Source: Archaeoglobus fulgidus DSM 4304
GTDB taxonomy: Archaea > Halobacteriota > Archaeoglobi > Archaeoglobales > Archaeoglobaceae
Assembly (NCBI RefSeq): GCF_000008665.1
Contig: NC_000917.1
Coordinates: 1,140,001 to 1,172,000, forward strand
Length of the DNA: 32,000 nucleotides
Direction of reading: 5' to 3'
Positions within the stretch are counted from its first letter, which is position 1; every line of letters begins with the position of its first letter. Shown here in pieces: positions 24,092 to 31,963 of this stretch. The translations under genes and the position numbers were made by a program. The notes beneath the pieces were generated by a model. It did not search any database. It was not told the DNA's origin and saw nothing but the letters and a program-made list of their open reading frames with translations.

Positions 24092-25276
24092 TCAAAAGTC
24101 CGTCATAATGCGGAACTGGTCTGTGTCGGGCTTCATGTGGCTCATGAATTTCCTTACAGCTCCCTCAACGTCTCTGGCCTTCGTTACAGCTCTGCCGACA
24201 ACTATGATGTCCGCTCCAGCGGCAATTACCTCCTCAACGTTTTCTGGCCTTATCCCACCTGCAACGGCGACGAGGACGCTGAACTTCTCCTTTATCTTTC
24301 CGGCAAGCATCCACGGAGGCTCTTTGTCCTCGCTGTCTATCGCTCTGTGAAGCTCAACGACGTTTGGTAAAACTCCAGCCTTCTGAATCTCTTCAAGCCT
24401 TTTAATCGGATCATCGACGTTCATCATGTCCACGTAGCTCAAAATTCCTGTTTTCTCCGCTTCCCTTATCCCCTTAACGATTGTGCTTGTGGGCGCGAGT
24501 CCCGAAATCACAACCGCGTTTGCGGTAGCGTCTGCAGCCATTCTCGCTTCGAGATTGCCAACATCGAGCGTCTTCAGGTCGAGGATGTAAAACGCATCGG
24601 GCTTCACCTCTCTGAGCTTCAGGATTACCTCACAGCCGTATCTCTTTGCCAAAGGCGTTCCAACCTCGAAAACGATGTGGTCGCTGTCAGGAATCTGCTC
24701 AAGAACCTTCAGCACCTCACCCAGATCTGGAATGTCGATGGCAATCTGCAGATATGGCGGGTCCCAGAGCTTCGTGAGCTTTCTTCCAACAAACGGGTGG
24801 AAACTGCGGTCCTTCTCGTAAAGCACGGTATCAACATCCGGGAAGTTCTGCATCGCCCTCTTTATTGCGAGCTTTGTGGCGCCATAGTTGTAGTAGTAAA
24901 TCTTGTGCTTGTTTTTGGCGTTTGGGTGGATGAAAACGCTTGCAACAACAACGTACTCGTCCGCCCTCTCCCTTGGGATTATTCCCTCCTCAACCGCATC
25001 CGCAACAGCCTTCGCCACTGCAGCTTGAGCCGGACCGAAAATAAGCTCAGCCTGATGCATGTCCTTGACCGTTACCTTTGGGACTATCACAGCAGGCGGC
25101 TTGGTTATCAGGTTTGGTCTGAGAACCGCGAGAAGCGGTGTGTGGCCTGCAGAAAGGTTGGCAAGAGCGTTGGCGAAGGCAATTCCGGCGGGGCTGTCCT
25201 TCGTGCCAATTATCAAATCAACGTGAGCCACTTCAAAACCCTCTCCGATAAGAGCCTCACCTATTCTGAACTCCAT
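24092..25276 (-). CDS. fae-hps: bifunctional formaldehyde-activating enzyme / 3-hexulose-6-phosphate synthase (Fae-Hps)
   Basis: 394-aa ORF. The N-terminal Fae domain reads MEFRIGEALIGEGFEVAHVDLIIGTKDSPAGIAFANALA. The C-terminal half is an OMPDC-fold HPS domain (LQIAIDIPD...ILDLKTLDVGN...VAVAGGI). Confidence 0.9.
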   Translation of the reverse strand: MEFRIGEALIGEGFEVAHVDLIIGTKDSPAGIAFANALANLSAGHTPLLAVLRPNLITKPPAVIVPKVTVKDMHQAELIFGPAQAAVAKAVADAVEEGIIPRERADEYVVVASVFIHPNAKNKHKIYYYNYGATKLAIKRAMQNFPDVDTVLYEKDRSFHPFVGRKLTKLWDPPYLQIAIDIPDLGEVLKVLEQIPDSDHIVFEVGTPLAKRYGCEVILKLREVKPDAFYILDLKTLDVGNLEARMAADATANAVVISGLAPTSTIVKGIREAEKTGILSYVDMMNVDDPIKRLEEIQKAGVLPNVVELHRAIDSEDKEPPWMLAGKIKEKFSVLVAVAGGIRPENVEEVIAAGADIIVVGRAVTKARDVEGAVRKFMSHMKPDTDQFRIMTDF

Positions 25277-25348
25277 GGCCTTACGTCTCCGGATATGTAA
25301 TAAATTTTTTGGAGTTCGCCGAATTGATTTGCCAAACTCAATTTTCCT

Positions 25349-26176
25349 TTAAATTCCGAGCCTTCCCAAGAACTTGCTGCCCAGTGAGAGCCTGTAGTCA
25401 CTTCTCACAAGCCTCTCTATCCCCGGATTGCTCAAAACCTCTATGTCCTCCTCTCTCACACCAAACCTCTCCATCGCATTTCTTATGTGCTCCACCTCAT
25501 TCAAGTTGAAGCCCATGAGCCTTGCTGCGATCAAGTCAACAGCAACTACGTTGTCGCCCGCAACAAGAACTCCGTGTTTGACGGGCTTTGGCCTCATTTC
25601 CGAGTTCGTCCCGCCAATAATGCCATCGACGATGGTTAAAGATGGCTGCATGAATCCAAGCAAGTCAACGAGCTTTCTGTGGATTTTCGGATGCATGTAA
25701 ACAGCGGGTTTCTTCAGAAATCCCATGTTGTTCTTTATCCCAAGCGTGACCTTGGTGAGATGATGAACCTTCATCTTCGGAATTGAAATGTATCCTTCCT
25801 TCTTCGCATCCAGCGCCGTTTCGGCAACCTTGACCCTCTCAAGAACCTCTCCGCCAATATCTACCTCAACAAACTCCTCCCGGTTTAGATTTCTGCACTC
25901 AACCAAATCTTTCAGCCCAAAATCCACGAAGCACTTTGAGGCGGAGTTTTTGTAAAATCCCCCCTCTATCACGACCGGCTCAACTCCATGCTCTCTCGCA
26001 ACCCCCACCACAGCTTTCACAAGCTCAGGATGCGTGATACAGCCATTCTCTGGACTGTCATGCTTGAGAAAATTTGGCTTGATGTACCTGAATTTTGGAT
26101 TGAAGACCTCAAAAACCCTCTCAACAAACTTGCGGGCATCTTTGTAGCTCTCAACCCTCTCAACAATAACTCTCAT
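25349..26176 (-). CDS. DUF362 domain protein
   Basis: 275-aa ORF with IKPNFLKHDSPENGCITHPELVKAVVGVAREHG, typical of DUF362 as I remember it. A palindromic TATA ATTTTAAAAT (26195-26204) lies 23 nt upstream of the ATG. Confidence 0.65.
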   Translation of the reverse strand: MRVIVERVESYKDARKFVERVFEVFNPKFRYIKPNFLKHDSPENGCITHPELVKAVVGVAREHGVEPVVIEGGFYKNSASKCFVDFGLKDLVECRNLNREEFVEVDIGGEVLERVKVAETALDAKKEGYISIPKMKVHHLTKVTLGIKNNMGFLKKPAVYMHPKIHRKLVDLLGFMQPSLTIVDGIIGGTNSEMRPKPVKHGVLVAGDNVVAVDLIAARLMGFNLNEVEHIRNAMERFGVREEDIEVLSNPGIERLVRSDYRLSLGSKFLGRLGI

Positions 26177-26253
26177 GCAGCCCTTACAACCGCCATTTTA
26201 AAATTTTTTTTCGTTAAGCAAAACAGATATTAGCGTAAATCAAAAAGTCCTTC

Positions 26254-27048
26254 GTGGAGCTGGGAATAATTTACAGCGGCGAATTCGGGAAGAGATTTGT
26301 AAGCAATCTCGCCTACCCTTACCTCTGCCCGACTTTTGGGGCCTGCGGGATAAACGGATGCGACTACTGCAAGAGATACGATTTCTCATCCAGCATCGTT
26401 TACGCCAAGGAGCTTGCAGAGCCTCAGGAAATAGGCCTCTACGTGGAGGAGCCGGAAAGCTACCTGGAGCCGTTCGAGTGCGATATTGCGGTTGCGATAA
26501 ACGTGCATCCGGACATTCTGGTATCATTGCCTGAAATTGGTGAGTTTAAAGCCTTAATCGTCCCCGCTTGCAACCAGAACTGGTGCCTTCCCGGATTGAG
26601 GAAGCAGCTTGCTGAGAAATGCGGCGAGCTCGGCATCGAGTTTGCCTCTCCCAAGCCCTTCTGCTCCCTTACCGGCAACTCAGGCTGGATTTCCAGATTC
26701 ATTGATGAATTTAAAATTGGCAGACCAGAGTTCAGAGTTGAGAGGGGCGGGGATGCCATTAAGAAGGTAGAGGTCATAAAAAGCGACCCGTGCGGTTCCG
26801 CATACTTTGTTGCAAAGAGGATGACGGGTTACATAATAGAGAGCAAAGAGGATTTCTGGAAGGAGATACACCAGCACCAGTGCGCCTATCCGTGCATGGC
26901 GAGCATGGACAGAGATGTTGAGCTCAAGGAGGCCCCTTTCCACCTCGCGGGCTACATAATGGTCTACCAGTTCAGCACCGCCGCCGGAGTTGAGGCTGAG
27001 GAGTTCGTTCCAGAGCACTTCAGGGAAATCGTCTGTCGAGCTCGCTGA
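26254..27048 (+). CDS. Cys-rich DUF166-like protein (family historically labelled thymidylate-synthase-like)
   Basis: 264-aa ORF with a GTG start. It has CPTFGACGINGCDYC near the N-terminus and further Cys residues (PACNQNWC, PFCSL, DPCGS, HQCAYPC). The family call is from memory and only moderately confident. Confidence 0.55.
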   Translation: MELGIIYSGEFGKRFVSNLAYPYLCPTFGACGINGCDYCKRYDFSSSIVYAKELAEPQEIGLYVEEPESYLEPFECDIAVAINVHPDILVSLPEIGEFKALIVPACNQNWCLPGLRKQLAEKCGELGIEFASPKPFCSLTGNSGWISRFIDEFKIGRPEFRVERGGDAIKKVEVIKSDPCGSAYFVAKRMTGYIIESKEDFWKEIHQHQCAYPCMASMDRDVELKEAPFHLAGYIMVYQFSTAAGVEAEEFVPEHFREIVCRAR

Positions 27049-27586
27049 GAATTCTTTCAATCTCCCTTCTCGTCTCCTCTATCGGTCTGTTTGTGTTGAT
27101 GAACTTCCAGCCTTTCAGTATTCTGAACGCCCTCTCCCTGACCCTCCTGAAGTCCTCGATGTTCTCGAACATCTCGCTCTCGCTTCTTCTTGCCACCCTC
27201 TCCATGCAGACTTCCGGCTCAGCTTCGAGGTAGAACATGTAGGGAGAGGTCGGAAGAACGGAGCGGAAAAACCTGTAAAGCACCCTTGCGTACCTTTCCG
27301 GCAAGTAAAGCACTCCTCCGAGATACCTGACGAAAATCACGGTTTCAGCCCTTCCGTAGTATCTGAGCAGGGAGTAAATCACGTCGAAGAAGTAGAAAAT
27401 CGCCGCCATGAGGTGGAAGAATTTTCCCCTTCTGAGGAGGCTGGCCTTCGCAACTCTGCCGAACAGAGAGTCGGACGGATGCGTTCTCACAATAACGCTC
27501 CCCCTTTCGGCGTACCTGCGCCTAACGAACTCCGCGTGTGTGTCTTTCCCGGCACCATCCATCCCGTCGATAACTATGAACCTCAT
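27020..27586 (-). CDS. thymidylate-kinase-like P-loop nucleotide kinase (divergent)
   Basis: The ORF is open from 27751, but ATG 27586 gives the canonical N-terminus MRFIVIDGMDGAGKDTHAEF (P-loop). That ATG overlaps the upstream stop (ATGA). The expected DRY motif reads VRY. Confidence 0.75.
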   Translation of the reverse strand: MRFIVIDGMDGAGKDTHAEFVRRRYAERGSVIVRTHPSDSLFGRVAKASLLRRGKFFHLMAAIFYFFDVIYSLLRYYGRAETVIFVRYLGGVLYLPERYARVLYRFFRSVLPTSPYMFYLEAEPEVCMERVARRSESEMFENIEDFRRVRERAFRILKGWKFINTNRPIEETRREIERILSELDRRFP

Positions 27587-28224
27587 GCCATCCAGAAGTA
27601 TAGTATTGCGGTTAAAATTGAAACGCTCAGGTTGTCCAGCCCCTTGGGAGTTACAGCCTCCACAACCGTTGCGAAAGCTGCCAGAGGAAGCAGCAGTGGA
27701 CCTGCAGAGCCGTGATAGTAGAGTGAAACCACCGAGAAGGAGGCAACGCATCCCAGAAACATAGCAACGCTGCCCTCCAGGCTTTTCTCGTCTCCCAAAA
27801 TCCTGAACTTTCTCTTACCATACCTACCCCCAATCAGAGATGCGAGACCGTCGCCATACGACATTGCCATTATCCCAACAGCTATGACATCAGGACGGTC
27901 AAAGAAAGCGTAGGCGAGAACGGTCCATGCAATCGAGTAGTAAACCAGCCCCAATCCGTGGCCTGCGACGCTCGTCCTGCTCGACAGCTTTACGGGTGAG
28001 TGGGGGCTCATCAAGAAGGTGAGAACGACGAAGGGAAAGGCAGCGAGAAAGGCCATGACGAACCTCGACTCAAAGAAGGGGAGGATGAAGGCTATGTTGC
28101 CAACCATTATGTGGAGAAATTTTCTGCTCACCACTTCATTTTTCAACGTCTTTTCCGATATAAGCAGAAGGGCTGCCACGTAGCCGTAAACCGAAATCAG
28201 TGGAAGCAAATCGGACATCTGCAA
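27583..28224 (-). CDS. dolichol/polyprenol kinase-like integral membrane protein (COG0170 / CTP-dependent kinase family)
   Basis: 213-aa polytopic ORF with a TTG start and the motif MSYGDGLASLIGGRYGKRKF. Confidence 0.7.
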   Translation of the reverse strand: MQMSDLLPLISVYGYVAALLLISEKTLKNEVVSRKFLHIMVGNIAFILPFFESRFVMAFLAAFPFVVLTFLMSPHSPVKLSSRTSVAGHGLGLVYYSIAWTVLAYAFFDRPDVIAVGIMAMSYGDGLASLIGGRYGKRKFRILGDEKSLEGSVAMFLGCVASFSVVSLYYHGSAGPLLLPLAAFATVVEAVTPKGLDNLSVSILTAILYFWMA

Positions 28225-28244
28225 CCGATTATATTAAGTATTTA

Positions 28245-28260
28245 AAAACTTTCTGAAAAC
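28245..28260. repeat. left copy of the 16-bp direct repeat AAAACTTTCTGAAAAC flanking the IS
   Basis: Identical to 29224..29239 and directly abutting the left terminal inverted repeat. Confidence 0.8.
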
Positions 28261-29223
28261 TGTAGTATCCCTAAATTATTTCACTACTAAACACCCACTT
28301 CATGTGAGAAAACTAACGAACAAAAAGATCAGGTGGATAATCAGACAGCTTGACAAGGGAGCTCCAGTAAAGGAAATAGCCGCTGTGATGAGAGTTACAC
28401 CAAGAAGAATCTACCAGCTTAAAAAACAATATGAGGAAACTGGCCAGATTCCAGAACTAAAACAAGCAGGAAGAAAGCCCAAACCAATTGACGAGAAAAC
28501 AGAGCAAATCATCCTGCAAGCTTACAACAAATACAGACTCAGCCCAGTACCTCTTGAAAAGCTGATAGAAAGGGATTACGGCATCCACATCTCCCATAAT
28601 ACAATCTACAAAGTTTTACTCAAACACGGTTTGGTGGAGGAGAACATGAGCAAGAAGAAACGAAGGAAATGGGTTAGGTACGAAAGAACCCACTCAATGT
28701 CTTTATGGCAGGGAGACTGGAAGAGGCTTGGAGAGAAATGGATTATAGCCTTCATGGATGATGCTTCCCGCTTTATTACTTGTTACGGAGTCTTCGATTC
28801 AGCTACGACTGAGAACACGATTAGAGTCCTGAAAGTGGGATTCAGGGAGTATGGCATTCCGGATGAGATCCTCACAGATCACGGAACTCAGTTTGTTGCA
28901 GCTAAAAGCAGAGAGAAGGCCAAGCATAGATTCAGGGAGTTTTTGGCCGAGAATGGAGTAAGGCATGTTCTTGCCAGAATAAACCATCCACAAACGAATG
29001 GAAAGATAGAGAGGTTCTTTGGTTTGATGGAGCAGAAGATCCATCTGTTTGATTCTTTGGATGAGTTCATTTATTGGTACAATTACGTTAAGCCTCACAT
29101 GAGCCTGAATTTCGACGAATTGGAGACTCCCTATCAGGCCTTTTTGAGGAAGCTACCTGCTGAAAGGGTGTTTGAGTACGGGAGGTGGTTGTTTGAGGAG
29201 TGAAATTAATTCGGGATATCACA
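28261..29223 (+). mobile_element. intact 963-bp insertion sequence (ISA0963-like; rve/DDE transposase, IS481/IS3-like)
   Basis: Imperfect 24-bp terminal inverted repeats: TGTAGTATCCCTAAATTATTTCAC (28261-28284) and the reverse complement of 29200-29223, TGTGATATCCCGAATTAATTTCAC. It holds a single transposase ORF. The length matches the IS name recalled from the A. fulgidus genome. Confidence 0.9.
28304..29203 (+). CDS. IS transposase (N-terminal HTH plus rve integrase core, DDE)
   Basis: 299-aa ORF with a GTG start. The catalytic region reads WQGDW...TDHGTQF...HPQTNGKIERFF. Confidence 0.9.
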   Translation: MRKLTNKKIRWIIRQLDKGAPVKEIAAVMRVTPRRIYQLKKQYEETGQIPELKQAGRKPKPIDEKTEQIILQAYNKYRLSPVPLEKLIERDYGIHISHNTIYKVLLKHGLVEENMSKKKRRKWVRYERTHSMSLWQGDWKRLGEKWIIAFMDDASRFITCYGVFDSATTENTIRVLKVGFREYGIPDEILTDHGTQFVAAKSREKAKHRFREFLAENGVRHVLARINHPQTNGKIERFFGLMEQKIHLFDSLDEFIYWYNYVKPHMSLNFDELETPYQAFLRKLPAERVFEYGRWLFEE

Positions 29224-29239
29224 AAAACTTTCTGAAAAC
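29224..29239. repeat. right copy of the 16-bp direct repeat AAAACTTTCTGAAAAC
   Basis: Identical to 28245..28260 and directly abutting the right terminal inverted repeat. Confidence 0.8.
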
Positions 29240-29269
29240 AGTTAATAGCAGACCTTCAGAGTTGAAGCG

Positions 29270-30133
29270 ATGAGATACGAAGAGCCGGTGTTCAGACCGC
29301 CAAGTGAGGCTTTCAGCCTCATAGTTCAGGCCACAATTGGCTGCTCATGGAACAGGTGCACCTTCTGCGGAATGTACAAGATGAAGAAGTTCAGGGTTAG
29401 GGACATTGAGGAGGTTAAAGAGGATTTTCGACTGGCAAAGGAAATTTACGGAGACGTGAGGAGAGTTTTCCTGGCTGACGGTAACGCTCTTGCCGCTGAT
29501 ACGGATTACCTCCTCGAAATTGCCGATTACGCAAACAAGCTCTTCAACCTTGAAAGGATAAGCTGCTACGCCACACCGCAGGACATCCTCGAAAAAAGCA
29601 AAGAAGAATTGAAAGAAATCAGAAATGCTGGGATTAAGCTGCTCTACGTCGGAATAGAGAGCGGTGATGATGAAATACTCGAAAGAATAAGGAAAGGTGT
29701 CAGTTCTAATGAAATAGCGGAAGCCTGCATGAAAGCCCACGAGTGCGGCTTTGAGCTTTCCGTTACGGTTTTAACGGGCATTGGGGGAAAGGAGAGGAGC
29801 TACAAAAACGCCAGAAACACAGCAAGGCTGCTAAACCGCATTTCTCCCAAATATACCGGAGTACTAACGTACATCCCCGTTCCGAACACGCCTTTATACG
29901 TGAAAATCAAAAGAGGGGAGTTTCTTCTACCAAACCCTCTGGAAAACCTTCTCGAACTGCGCTGGATGGTTGAGAGAATTGAGGCCAGGACAATCTTCCG
30001 CTGCAACCACGCCTCCAACTATTTGCCACTGAAGGGAACGCTGCCTGAAGACAGAGAAAAGCTGCTCAAGGCCATCGACTACGCCATAGCCCATCCGGAA
30101 GTCCTTAAGCCTGAGTGGCTGAGGGGGCTTTAA
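29270..30133 (+). CDS. radical SAM domain protein (unassigned subfamily)
   Basis: 287-aa ORF with the cluster motif GCSWNRCTFCGMY, then ADGNAL, YVGIESGDDEIL and a TIM-barrel-like pattern. Confidence 0.85.
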   Translation: MRYEEPVFRPPSEAFSLIVQATIGCSWNRCTFCGMYKMKKFRVRDIEEVKEDFRLAKEIYGDVRRVFLADGNALAADTDYLLEIADYANKLFNLERISCYATPQDILEKSKEELKEIRNAGIKLLYVGIESGDDEILERIRKGVSSNEIAEACMKAHECGFELSVTVLTGIGGKERSYKNARNTARLLNRISPKYTGVLTYIPVPNTPLYVKIKRGEFLLPNPLENLLELRWMVERIEARTIFRCNHASNYLPLKGTLPEDREKLLKAIDYAIAHPEVLKPEWLRGL

Positions 30134-30142
30134 AAATAAAAA

Positions 30143-31120
30143 TTAGCTGAGCGACTCTGCAATCTTTATAAGTTCATCTTTCGGCAGCTCACCGCTAATG
30201 GACACCTGAACTCCATTTTTCTCGATGTAAAGGACTGATGCCCCAAATATCTCGCCGTAATAGGCCTTTTCACCGTTAATCTCCACTTCCTCAAAATCCT
30301 TGGGAACCTCTGACTTCTCGGTTGATTCCAAAATCGTTAAAGCCTTTTCTCCGTCTGAGTAAGTAAGAAATGCTGAGTCATTCGTTACGCTGACAGACTT
30401 TAGCTCGTATCCTGCGGTGTAGGATGGGACAAGGATTTTGAAGCTCGCTTCCTTCTGAGCCTCCTCAACGCTTTCATACGTCTTCGGGAGCTTGAAGTCA
30501 AATTTTTCAACTTCAGCACCCTCTGGAGGCTTGAACTCAAAGAAGCTGTCGTCAACGCCTGTGTTGAAGCTCAGATTCCTGTATTCGATGTACATTTTGA
30601 TACCTCCGAAGCTCGTTTCCACCCTTATGGGGAACCAGAACTCCTTGTCAACCCACATTTTGGTGGCGTTCTCCCTATCATTCTTCGGCTTTAAATTCAG
30701 AACGAAACAGTCCCTGCCTGAAACCTTCTCCTCTCCGAGAAGCTCAACATCGTAGTATTCGAGCATTTCCTTTATCAGTGTAGTGTAGTCGAACTTGAGC
30801 GGTGTGGATTCCTTAGTCATGTTCATCTCAAAAACCACCACCTTGTTGTTCTTCTTGTCGTAGCTCCACATAACGCTGCCGTTGGACACAGCAATGGAGT
30901 TCTCATCCTCCATGTATAATTTATAGGGCTTCTTGAAGATGTAGGTGTAGTTCATCTCCATCTTACCCATCGGGCCCTCAGACACCACATAAACCTCTGC
31001 CCTCAAATCCTGAATTTTCTCCTCCTTTTCCTGCATCTTCTTCGCTATCTCTTCGGCGCTCATCTGCACACAGCCAGCCAGAACGGAAACTACAAGGAGA
31101 GCAATCAGCAACCTCTTCAT
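30143..31120 (-). CDS. LolA-like / DUF4367-like secreted lipoprotein
   Basis: The ORF is open from 31159. ATG 31120 gives MKRLLIALLVVSVLAGC (signal peptide plus lipobox LAGC). This ATG lies 26-27 nt downstream of the centre of the TATA TTTATATA (31143-31150, minus strand). The body resembles lipoprotein-sorting (LolA-fold) proteins. Confidence 0.7.
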   Translation of the reverse strand: MKRLLIALLVVSVLAGCVQMSAEEIAKKMQEKEEKIQDLRAEVYVVSEGPMGKMEMNYTYIFKKPYKLYMEDENSIAVSNGSVMWSYDKKNNKVVVFEMNMTKESTPLKFDYTTLIKEMLEYYDVELLGEEKVSGRDCFVLNLKPKNDRENATKMWVDKEFWFPIRVETSFGGIKMYIEYRNLSFNTGVDDSFFEFKPPEGAEVEKFDFKLPKTYESVEEAQKEASFKILVPSYTAGYELKSVSVTNDSAFLTYSDGEKALTILESTEKSEVPKDFEEVEINGEKAYYGEIFGASVLYIEKNGVQVSISGELPKDELIKIAESLS

Positions 31121-31192
31121 GTGTGCTGTGTTTTGTTCTGGATATATAAAGTTTGCCACTTGCAGTCAAATGACTGAAAAACATATTAAATC

Positions 31193-31963
31193 ATGAAACT
31201 AAGGCGAAACATGAAGTGGAACGATGAGGGAAAGAGAATTGTTGAGATGCTGAAACTCCGCACACCACCAGTTGGTGTAAAATTCTTCCAGGAGAAGTAC
31301 GAGCCTGAAAGGGCCTTTAGGCCGTCAAAATACGGAATAAAGATGGCAGTCTGTCAGGCCATTGCCTTTGCCCGCTACATCGGCAGAACGGTTGTGCTTG
31401 AGGCTGAGGACTTTGGGTGCCCTCCTGCGATGCTCCTTTACGGCGTGGCGGAGTATGAAGGGAGCCTGAAGGATATTCTGGTTGGCGCGCAGTGGCTGAA
31501 GGATGAGAGCTGCGAGGTTGCGGAGCAGAAGCTTCCATTGGGGAAGTATAAGAGCTTCGTTTTTGGGGACATGACGAAAATGGCGGAGGAGCCTGAGGCT
31601 GTGATGATTTTTGGAACTCCTGCCCAGATTGGGAGGCTGATACAGGCAGCAACCTACTTCGGAGGGGCTGTGAAGGCAAATCTGACGGCAAAAACTGCAT
31701 CGTGTGCTGAAGCTCTTTTCCCGGCTTTAAGGGGAGAGGTGGCGATTGCAGTTCCCGGAGCTGGAGACAGAGTTTTTGCCGCGATTCAGGAGACGGAGAT
31801 GATTTTTGCCATGCCCTATGCTTGGACAGGCAAAATCTTGGAGGGGCTTGAGAATGCAGGCAGGGGGGCAAATATCAGCTACCCGCCCTCACCCTTCCTG
31901 ATGTTCACTCCACGCTTCCCCAAGCACTACAGAGAGACTGCGGAGAAGTTCAAGCTCGTTTGA
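31193..31963 (+). CDS. DUF169 (COG2043) protein
   Basis: 256-aa ORF with PPVGVKFF...MAVCQAIAFAR...GCPPA...ASCAEA. The in-frame ATG 31211 is an alternative leaderless start, because the TATA-like ATATTAAA at 31183-31190 is correctly spaced for it. Confidence 0.7.
   Translation: MKLRRNMKWNDEGKRIVEMLKLRTPPVGVKFFQEKYEPERAFRPSKYGIKMAVCQAIAFARYIGRTVVLEAEDFGCPPAMLLYGVAEYEGSLKDILVGAQWLKDESCEVAEQKLPLGKYKSFVFGDMTKMAEEPEAVMIFGTPAQIGRLIQAATYFGGAVKANLTAKTASCAEALFPALRGEVAIAVPGAGDRVFAAIQETEMIFAMPYAWTGKILEGLENAGRGANISYPPSPFLMFTPRFPKHYRETAEKFKLV

Noticed and set aside
24677-25300. 207-aa plus-strand ORF
   Set aside because: It is antisense to fae-hps, so it is a shadow ORF.
26990-27715. 241-aa plus-strand ORF, and the 27651..27833 minus-strand ORF
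   Set aside because: They overlap the Tmk-like and dolichol-kinase-like genes in other frames or on the other strand. The extended N-terminus of the 27020..27751 ORF is likewise rejected in favour of ATG 27586.
31317-31871. 184-aa minus-strand ORF rich in Pro/Ser/Gln
   Set aside because: It is antisense to the DUF169 gene and its composition is typical of a shadow frame.
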